A stretch of DNA of 32,000 nucleotides, taken from contig NZ_LGHJ01000006.1 of assembly GCF_001306055.1 (NCBI RefSeq), forward strand, positions 90,001 through 122,000, given 5' to 3'. The notes beneath the pieces were generated by a model. The model was not told where the DNA came from. It saw only the letters and a program-made list of their open reading frames with translations, and searched no databases. Each line of letters opens with the position of its first letter. Positions within the stretch are counted from its first letter, which is position 1. The stretch is from Bellilinea caldifistulae (GTDB lineage Bacteria; Chloroflexota; Anaerolineae; Anaerolineales; Anaerolineaceae). A program made the translations under genes and the position numbers. This document shows, piece after piece, positions 26,173 through 32,000 of this stretch.

Positions 26173-26830
26173 ATGCCTGATCCATCCTCTCCAAGACCCA
26201 AAAAACTTCTCGATCTGCTTCGAGATGCCATCCGGCTGAAATGGGTATCGCTGAGATCGAAGCCTTCCTCACCCATCTGGCGAAAGACGAGCATGTTTCT
26301 GCCTCTACTCAAAACCAGGCCTTGAGCGCACTTATCTTTCTCTACCGTGATGTGCTTGACTTACCCCTCAATTTGACATTTCAGTCAGTTCAGGCGAGGA
26401 GGCCAAAACATCTGCCGACGCTAGTTTCGAAGACTGAGGTCGAGCGAGTGCTGCGCCAGATGAGCGGAGAAACCCTGCTGATGACCCAGCTTATGGCAGC
26501 GGCTGACGTTTGCGGGTGAAAGATGTGGACTTTGAACAACACCGGATTATGGTGCGTGACCCAAAAGGAAGGCATGATCGCACGACCAGGCTGCCAGTAA
26601 CCCTTGAGCTGTCCTTGCAAGCTTAACTCCAGGCGGTGAAACACCTTCATGAGCGCGACCTTGCTTCCGGGCACGGAGAAGTGCCCCTTCCCTCGGTTCT
26701 GGGCAGGTGTTCGTACTGTTCAGGAGCTATTAGGGCATAAGGATGTAAAGACGACCAGGATATATACCCACGCGCTTAATCGCGGAGCCAATGCTGTGCG
26801 CAGCCCGCTGGATGAGAGAGGCTGCTTGTT
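26173..26830 (+). pseudogene. intI: Integron integrase (IntI-type tyrosine recombinase) pseudogene
   Basis: Fragments lie in three frames: MPDPSSPRPKKLLDLLRDAIRLK, then EIEAFLTHLAKDEHVSASTQNQALSALIFLYRDVL...RRPKHLP, then [29 protein letters not shown]...(TAA at 26624)...[15 protein letters not shown], then [35 protein letters not shown]. These parallel IntI1 blocks as recalled ([60 protein letters not shown]). The region between GEVPLP and IRTVQ is deleted. Confidence 0.8.
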
Positions 26831-26940
26831 CAAGCTTGTCCCTGCTCTTGTCTGGAGTTTTAATCCTTGCATGGACTCGGTCGAGCTGTGCCAGATCTTG
26901 CTCAAATCGTGCTGCCTAACAAAACTTTTTTGATGAAGTA

Positions 26941-27939
26941 CTAGGCATTCAGGTAAGGCAAGTCCAGCATCAGGACATCCAGCAGCAGGCGGGTATTGAG
27001 GTTGGCGTCCAGTCCGGCCTGGGCCTGCTCAACGGCGTTCAGGCAGGCGTAGGCACGCCGCAGGTCAAGGCGGGCGGCAATGCTTTCGAGCCGCTCGCGC
27101 TGGTCAAGGTTGGTGAGCGCCCCGGCAGATGCGCCGCAAATCAACAGCACATCCCGCCACAGGCTGCTCCAGGTTTGCAGCACGGCGCGGATTTTCTCGC
27201 GGTCGTTGCCTTCAGCCAGCCCCTCGCTGATTTGAAAGCGGGTCAAGCGGTCGCCGCTCAGAGCGGTGAAGAACAGATCAATTCGGCGCTGGCGTTCGGT
27301 GAGCGCCTGCTCATCGTGAAGAAGGCGCAAGGCCATCCCCGGACGTCCCCCGCTCAAATGAGCGAAAAGGCGCGCCTGCTCTATTGGGACACCCGCGCTG
27401 CGCTGCAAGTGGTCGGCCAGTGCATCCAGCGCCATCGGGCGCAGGCGCAGCACCTCGCAGCGCGAGAGGATGGTGGGCAGTACGTCTTCGGGGGTGGGGG
27501 CAGTCAGCAATAAAATGACTTTGGGCGGGGCTTCTTCCAGCGTTTTGAGCAGGGCGTTCTGCGCACTGGGGGTGGCCTGTTCAAAATTGAGCAGCAGGGC
27601 AAGCCGGTAGGGGGCTTCGTAGGGGGAAAGGGAGAGGCTGCGCTGCAATTCGCGCACCTGTTCCACTTTGAGACTGCTGGCACCTTCGGCTGGCTGAATC
27701 ACGCTCAGGTCGGCGTGTTCCATGCGGGCAATCTGGCGGCAGGTGCGGCATTCGTCGCATGGTTCGCCGGGCTGAACCGGCTGGGGGCAATTCAAGGCGC
27801 GCGCGAAGGCCAGCGCCAGCGTGCGCCTTCCCACGCCGGGCGGACCGCTGAACAGGTAAGCATGGCGCACTTCCCCATTGCGGATGTGCTGCTGCAACAG
27901 GCGCACCGCCCAATCATGACCCCAGATTTCCCACGGCAT
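26941..27939 (-). CDS. holB: DNA polymerase III subunit delta prime
   Basis: 332 aa. HAYLFSGPPGVGRRTLALAFARALNC, the zinc module CDECRTCRQI, and SRC (TILSRCEVLRL) are HolB/clamp-loader motifs. Confidence 0.85.
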   Translation of the reverse strand: MPWEIWGHDWAVRLLQQHIRNGEVRHAYLFSGPPGVGRRTLALAFARALNCPQPVQPGEPCDECRTCRQIARMEHADLSVIQPAEGASSLKVEQVRELQRSLSLSPYEAPYRLALLLNFEQATPSAQNALLKTLEEAPPKVILLLTAPTPEDVLPTILSRCEVLRLRPMALDALADHLQRSAGVPIEQARLFAHLSGGRPGMALRLLHDEQALTERQRRIDLFFTALSGDRLTRFQISEGLAEGNDREKIRAVLQTWSSLWRDVLLICGASAGALTNLDQRERLESIAARLDLRRAYACLNAVEQAQAGLDANLNTRLLLDVLMLDLPYLNA

Positions 27940-27958
27940 AGGTTGATTTTAACCGAAT

Positions 27959-28597
27959 TCAAGCCATTTCGGGTTGGATCAGGAACACCCCCGCGCAAAA
28001 CGAAACCGGCTCGAACGCGGCTTGAAAGCCGGCGGCGCGCAGGGCCGGCAGGTCGTCCTCAACCAGCCAGTAGGGTTCTTCGTCCCATGCATCGGCGGCG
28101 GCTTGCTTTGCCTGTTGGCGTGCTTCCGCATTGGGGAAGGCAATATCACCGATCACGATCCAGCCGCCGGGTTCAAGGTGATTGCGCAGGTGTGTGAGCA
28201 GGGCAATTTTGCCAGCCTGATCGAAGTGATGAAAAACATAAGCAGAGACCATCCGCGCGTAATGCTGCGGCACATCGGCGGGCAGCGGATTGCCCAACTG
28301 GTGTTGAAAGAATCTGGCCCCCGGTACTTTGCGGCGGGCAATTTTCAGCATTTCGGCGGAAAAGTCGCTGCCCCACACGCGGCAGCCGGCCTGCACAAAG
28401 CGGGCGGTCAGGTTGCCGGTGCCACAGCCGAGATCCAGCACACTCAAACCGGGCCGAACCCCGGCGCGTTGAAAGACCCGCTCCAGCACCCCGGCGTAGC
28501 CCTCAAAGGGGAGGCCCTGACCGCGCTCGACTTCCGAGTCGTAGTTCTCTGCCCACCGGTCAAATTCCCCAGGCGTGAACAGGCCGTTTACTTCCAC
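27959..28597 (-). CDS. Class I SAM-dependent methyltransferase
   Basis: Motif I VLDLGCGTGNL. I prefer the GTG at 28597 (VEVNGLFTPGEFDRWAENYD), which overlaps the upstream stop by 10 nt. The longer ORF start at 28738 would overlap the upstream gene by about 150 nt. Confidence 0.7.
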   Translation of the reverse strand: MEVNGLFTPGEFDRWAENYDSEVERGQGLPFEGYAGVLERVFQRAGVRPGLSVLDLGCGTGNLTARFVQAGCRVWGSDFSAEMLKIARRKVPGARFFQHQLGNPLPADVPQHYARMVSAYVFHHFDQAGKIALLTHLRNHLEPGGWIVIGDIAFPNAEARQQAKQAAADAWDEEPYWLVEDDLPALRAAGFQAAFEPVSFCAGVFLIQPEMA

Positions 28598-29328
28598 TCG
28601 AACACCAGCGCCGGGAAGTCCGGCAGGTTGATGGTCATTTTGGACGGTTCGGGACTGCCGCACGTTCCCCCAATGCAGTTGCATTTTTCGTCCATCAGGT
28701 TGCTGGTGCAGGAGATGGCGGTGTACTCCACCACCCAATCCCCTCGTACCGTGGGCGGCATGAAGGCGTAAAAGACTCCTTCCGGGTCGGTCATCGCATC
28801 GGTGCGCTGCTGATTGGGTGCTTCGCCCTGGGTGATCATGAATTGAATGCCGCTGATCGGTTTACCGGTGCGGTCGGCCACCCGCCCCATGACGGTCACC
28901 ACGTTCTCCGGCTGAATGACCGGCACAGCCCGTAAATCCACCGGTGATTCAAGCAGTTGGGCAAAAATCCAACCGCTGATGCCCTTATCGTTCTCCACCC
29001 GAATCCACTCGCCGCCGGGGGATTTGCCGAGCACGGTAAAGACCGTCCCTTTGCGCACACTGGCCTGAACGGCAAACAGATAGCCGGGGTTTGCGCGTAC
29101 GTTGACCCAATCCACGGCGGTTTTCACCTCAAAGGGGGCAAACGGTGTGGCCGTCGGCGTGGGGGTGGCGGTGGGCAGGGGGGTGGGTGATGGGGTGAGG
29201 GTGGCGGTCGGCGGTGGTGGGCTGGGGGTGAGCGTGTTGGTCGGCGTGGGGGTGGGTTGCGCCAGCGCGTTGCAGCCGGTCAGCATCAAAATTATGATGA
29301 GAATACCAATCCCGAAAAGAGCGCGCAT
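28588..29328 (-). CDS. Lipoprotein with a PT-rich linker, a bacterial SH3 domain and a carboxypeptidase-regulatory-like domain
   Basis: Signal and lipobox MRALFGIGILIIILMLTGC after the RBS GAGGAGGG. The SH3_3-like segment is VNVRANPG...VLGKSPGGEWIRVENDKGISGWIF. The segment VMGRVADRTGKPISGIQF is CarboxypepD_reg-like. Confidence 0.7.
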   Translation of the reverse strand: MRALFGIGILIIILMLTGCNALAQPTPTPTNTLTPSPPPPTATLTPSPTPLPTATPTPTATPFAPFEVKTAVDWVNVRANPGYLFAVQASVRKGTVFTVLGKSPGGEWIRVENDKGISGWIFAQLLESPVDLRAVPVIQPENVVTVMGRVADRTGKPISGIQFMITQGEAPNQQRTDAMTDPEGVFYAFMPPTVRGDWVVEYTAISCTSNLMDEKCNCIGGTCGSPEPSKMTINLPDFPALVFEWK

Positions 29329-29514
29329 GATCTGGTCCCTCCTCTTCTCTAAACCGATCTCTCCTGCGCATGGGGGCTGGTTGTGTTCCTCCATATCTGA
29401 ATTATACAACTTTCGCTGACCAGACAATCGTTCCGAGAGCCGGCAATTGTAAAAGAAAACAACCTGCCGGGGGGGTGTCCTTTGGGCAGAGCGTTGGAAC
29501 GTCTTTTGATCAAC

Positions 29515-30390
29515 TCAGGCCGGCTGAATGAAGGTGCCGGCGCGCAGTTCCGCCAGCGTCTGCTGGATTTCTTCCATGGTATTCATCACAAATGGCCCAT
29601 AGGGGTAAATCGGTTCACCGAAGGGGGCGCCGGCCATCAGCATGAAACGCGCCGGTGCGCTGACCCCGCCGGGCTGAGCCAGACCGGTCTCGACCACCAG
29701 CCGTTCACCGGGGTGGAAAGTGATCATGCGCACAGCCGAAACAACCTGCTGTTCACCAAACATTGCCGATCCCTCGAACAGATACACCAGCAAGGTATGT
29801 TCGTGGGGCAGGTCGAGTTCAAAGCGGCTGCCGGGCAGTAACTGGACTTCCATGTAAATCGGTTGGGCGGCAATTTCGGTGACCGGTCCTCGAATGCCGG
29901 CGTACTCACCGGCTACCACGCGCACCGAAACACCGTCTTTTTCGTGCAGCGGAATGTGGGCGGATTGGATTTCCTGATAACGCGGCTGACTCATCTTGAG
30001 GGCTGCCGGCAGGTTGACCCACAGTTGAAAGCCATCTACCCGCCCGGCCTGACTGGGGCGCGGCATTTCTTCGTGCAAGATACCCCGTCCACTGGTCATC
30101 CACTGCACATCCCCGGCGGCGATCACCCCCATGTTGCCGAGGCTGTCGCGGTGGCGCACACTGCCTTCCAGCATGTAGGTGACCGTTTCGATGCCGCGAT
30201 GCGGATGGGTGGGAAAGCCCACCAGCGGCGTTTCGCGCGGGTCGTTGAAGGCAAAATGGTCAAACAGCAAAAACGGGTCGAATCGGTTTTCGCGGCTGGG
30301 CGCAAACGAGCGCAGCAGGCGCACGCCGGCGCCTTCGATGACCATTTTCGGCTCGATGATCTGGTGAATTGTACGAAGGGATGCGCTCAT
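29515..30390 (-). CDS. Pirin family protein
   Basis: Pirin cupin motif GFPTHPHRGIETVTYMLEG. The ATG at 30390 (MSASLRT) is preceded by GAGGAAA. The longer ORF start at 30606 overlaps the upstream gene and is rejected. Confidence 0.85.
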   Translation of the reverse strand: MSASLRTIHQIIEPKMVIEGAGVRLLRSFAPSRENRFDPFLLFDHFAFNDPRETPLVGFPTHPHRGIETVTYMLEGSVRHRDSLGNMGVIAAGDVQWMTSGRGILHEEMPRPSQAGRVDGFQLWVNLPAALKMSQPRYQEIQSAHIPLHEKDGVSVRVVAGEYAGIRGPVTEIAAQPIYMEVQLLPGSRFELDLPHEHTLLVYLFEGSAMFGEQQVVSAVRMITFHPGERLVVETGLAQPGGVSAPARFMLMAGAPFGEPIYPYGPFVMNTMEEIQQTLAELRAGTFIQPA

Positions 30391-30491
30391 CTCATTTCCT
30401 CTATTGCGACAATAATTATCCGAATTGTATTTCATTATAACCCAAATGGAGGGGTTGCGGCGGTTTCCTGTAACGGCTTTGGGGGAGACCG

Positions 30492-30513
30492 CCGCGCCGC
30501 CTGACGGCGGCTC
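30492..30513. repeat. Copy 2 of the GC-rich hairpin repeat CCGCGCCGCCTGACGGCGGCTC
   Basis: Identical 22-mer to 8671-8692, also preceded by GGGGGA. It lies between the CPBP gene stop and the pirin promoter region. Confidence 0.6.
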
Positions 30514-30547
30514 AAACAGGGTTTGAATTGACTGTTCCGGTCCGGGG

Positions 30548-31297
30548 TTAGAGCAGAAACAGCAGCCAGCCGGAAATGGCGCGGTAGAGGGCAGGTGCAG
30601 CCACATGACGCACCTTCATCATCGTCCAGCCGGCCAGGAGGCTGTGCAAAATGGTAACCCCCCAGCCCGTCCACTGACTTTCAGCCGGCAGCAAGAAAAT
30701 CCGGGGCGACTGATACAGCACAAACAAGCCGGCGCTCAGCAGCCAGCCGGGCAGGCTGCCGAGCCAGGCGGAAAACCGCGGCTGCAAGTAGCCGCGAAAC
30801 AGGGTTTCTTCCCCCACCGCAATGGCCAGTAAAAGCAGCAGGGCTTGAGCCTGCTCCGGGCTGACCCCGCCCAGCAGGCGGGTGAGCATGCCGCGCAGGA
30901 AGATGCTCAACAAGCCCACCGCAATGCCGATTTGAAGCGCCGGCCCGAATAAAGCCCGTCCCCAGCCGGCGCTGCGCGGCGGCTGACGGCGGTAAATCAG
31001 GGCTGCTCCGCTCAGCGCTCCGGCCAGTACTGCCAGGCTGAGCGCCGGATAGAGGGAGGCAATTCCGCCGCGTTGGATTTCCCGGGCAGTTGCCGGTTGA
31101 GCGGCCATCAGGAAAGCCAGCAGCACCATGCCCCCGCCCAGCGCCAGTGCAACCAACCCCTCGCGGCGCGGATATTGAAATTGCAGCGGAGGCACCCGAC
31201 GCAGCCGCGGGCTGATGCCCAGCAGCATGATGACCGCGATCACCCCCAGCGCTTCACTGACCAACCCCACCCATTGAGCCGTGGTCAATACCGGCAT
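30548..31297 (-). CDS. CPBP family intramembrane glutamic endopeptidase (CAAX protease-like)
   Basis: 249 aa and polytopic. The signature is GEETLFRGYLQ (EExxxR), with a later histidine-containing helix (ILHSLLAG). Confidence 0.8.
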   Translation of the reverse strand: MPVLTTAQWVGLVSEALGVIAVIMLLGISPRLRRVPPLQFQYPRREGLVALALGGGMVLLAFLMAAQPATAREIQRGGIASLYPALSLAVLAGALSGAALIYRRQPPRSAGWGRALFGPALQIGIAVGLLSIFLRGMLTRLLGGVSPEQAQALLLLLAIAVGEETLFRGYLQPRFSAWLGSLPGWLLSAGLFVLYQSPRIFLLPAESQWTGWGVTILHSLLAGWTMMKVRHVAAPALYRAISGWLLFLL

Positions 31298-31300
31298 GGG

Positions 31301-31738
31301 TTATTCCTGATCGCTCTGGGCTGGTGTGGAAAAATCCTCTTCACTTTGCGGCATTTCTACCACAATTTCCACCTGCTCTTCCATGCGTACCTGACCGCGC
31401 AGGAAAGCGCCTTCTTCGGTGGAGAACGAAACGACGGTCACATCGCCCCATACCCGACCGGTGGAGCGGATTTCCAGTTTTTCGGCAAGGATGTTGCCGC
31501 GCAATGCTCCGGCGACCACAACGGTGTTGGCACGCAACTCCGGGCAGGTGACCCGGCCGGTCTCACCGATCACCACCAAACCGCGCACGGCAATATCGCC
31601 TTCAAAAGTGCCTTCGATACGCACGCCGCCGCTGCCGTGCAGGCTGCCTTTCCAGTTGATGCCCGGCCCCAGCACCGATGTAACCCGCTCGGTGGGCGGT
31701 GGTGGCGGCGATCCTGCTGGTGGATTTTTGCGAAACAT
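31301..31738 (-). CDS. Bactofilin family cytoskeletal protein
   Basis: 145 aa. The repetitive beta-helix pattern G.L.G.G.VRIEGTFEGDI...GLVVIGETGRV...VVVAGALRGNI...LEIRSTGRVWGDV is present. The RBS is GAGGAGG. Confidence 0.85.
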   Translation of the reverse strand: MFRKNPPAGSPPPPPTERVTSVLGPGINWKGSLHGSGGVRIEGTFEGDIAVRGLVVIGETGRVTCPELRANTVVVAGALRGNILAEKLEIRSTGRVWGDVTVVSFSTEEGAFLRGQVRMEEQVEIVVEMPQSEEDFSTPAQSDQE

Positions 31739-31760
31739 AGGCTACCTCCTCAGTCTGGGT

Positions 31761-32000
31761 TCATCGCGGCGGATAAACGCTGCCGGCATAGACCACCGTG
31801 CCGGGCGGTACATCCGCCTTGACGGTGGCGCCGTTGCCAACCCGCGCCCCGCGTCCAATTGTCAAATTGAGATTGATGGTGGCGCCCATGCCAATCTGGG
31901 CGAAATCTTCCACCCTTACACCGCCGGCCAGCAGCGCACCCGGCGAGAGGTTGACACATTTGCCGATCACGCAATCGTGAGAGACGACCACCCCGGCGTT
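31761..32000 (-). CDS. Hexapeptide-repeat (left-handed beta-helix) acyl/acetyltransferase, NeuD/PglD-like C-terminal part; 5' end lies outside the window
   Basis: Hexapeptide repeats are visible (IGKCVNLSPGALLAGGVRVEDFAQIGMGATINLNLTIGRGARVGNGATV). The reading frame stays open to the window edge. Confidence 0.75.
   Translation of the reverse strand, partial: NAGVVVSHDCVIGKCVNLSPGALLAGGVRVEDFAQIGMGATINLNLTIGRGARVGNGATVKADVPPGTVVYAGSVYPPR

Noticed and set aside
26241-26933. ORFs 26241-26519 (92 aa) and 26649-26933 (94 aa) as separate intact small genes.
   Set aside because: Both are fragments of a single integrase homologue lying in different frames. The 3' part of the second ORF (after RSPLDERG) is read-through into non-homologous sequence.
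28598-28738. Longer start (28738 or 28684) for the methyltransferase, and similar long 5' extensions of pirin (to 30606), the winged-helix protein (to 11774) and the nitrilase-like gene (from 961).
   Set aside because: These extensions overlap the upstream genes substantially, lack RBSs and encode non-conserved sequence. Internal starts with good Shine-Dalgarno motifs give family-typical lengths.
29130-29270. Apparent tandem DNA repeats (ggtgggggt / ggcggtgg runs).
   Set aside because: They encode the PT-rich linker (PTPTPTNTLTPSPPPPTATLTPSPTPLPTATPTPTATP) of the SH3 lipoprotein. This is low-complexity coding sequence, not a non-coding repeat element.

Overview
High-GC bacterial chromosomal segment with about 30 genes. 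The taxon cannot be determined from the sequence alone. GGAGG-type ribosome-binding sites and PT-rich lipoprotein linkers are visible. Core genes occupy 1-21.4 kb and 26.9-32 kb. They include an Lgt-like protein, a split two-gene NAD synthetase, an ABC-F ATPase, flavodoxin and ferredoxin genes, a GT4 glycosyltransferase, DedA and NDH-2. There is also a PQQ-type sugar dehydrogenase carrying an in-frame TAG. A TetR-linked MacAB/HlyD-like exporter has two different ATPases. The remaining core genes are a UPF0261 plus PEP-hydrolase-like pair, holB, a SAM methyltransferase, an SH3 lipoprotein, pirin, a CPBP protease, bactofilin and a hexapeptide acyltransferase. Between the UPF0261 operon and holB lies a ~5.4 kb stretch (about 21.5-26.9 kb) that looks AT-richer by eye. 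I read it as a decayed sedentary chromosomal integron. It has a fragmented integron-integrase (intI) pseudogene on the + strand and an AT-rich attI/Pc region with a near-consensus outward promoter. Five cassettes follow on the - strand, separated by homogeneous attC-type imperfect palindromes (RYYYAAC ... GTTRRRY), one of which has collapsed to 17 bp. A degraded IS630 transposase fragment caps the distal end. The three intI-proximal cassettes all encode PD-(D/E)xK-type nucleases: an Mrr-like enzyme, a clear DpnI homologue, and an uncharacterised 187-aa protein with an Mrr-catalytic-like E...D...QxK signature. The distal cassettes encode a RibD_C/DHFR-like protein and a GyrI-like plus bleomycin-binding-like gene pair. 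The nuclease cassettes, especially the orphan 187-aa ORF, are the best candidates for an undescribed defence function.
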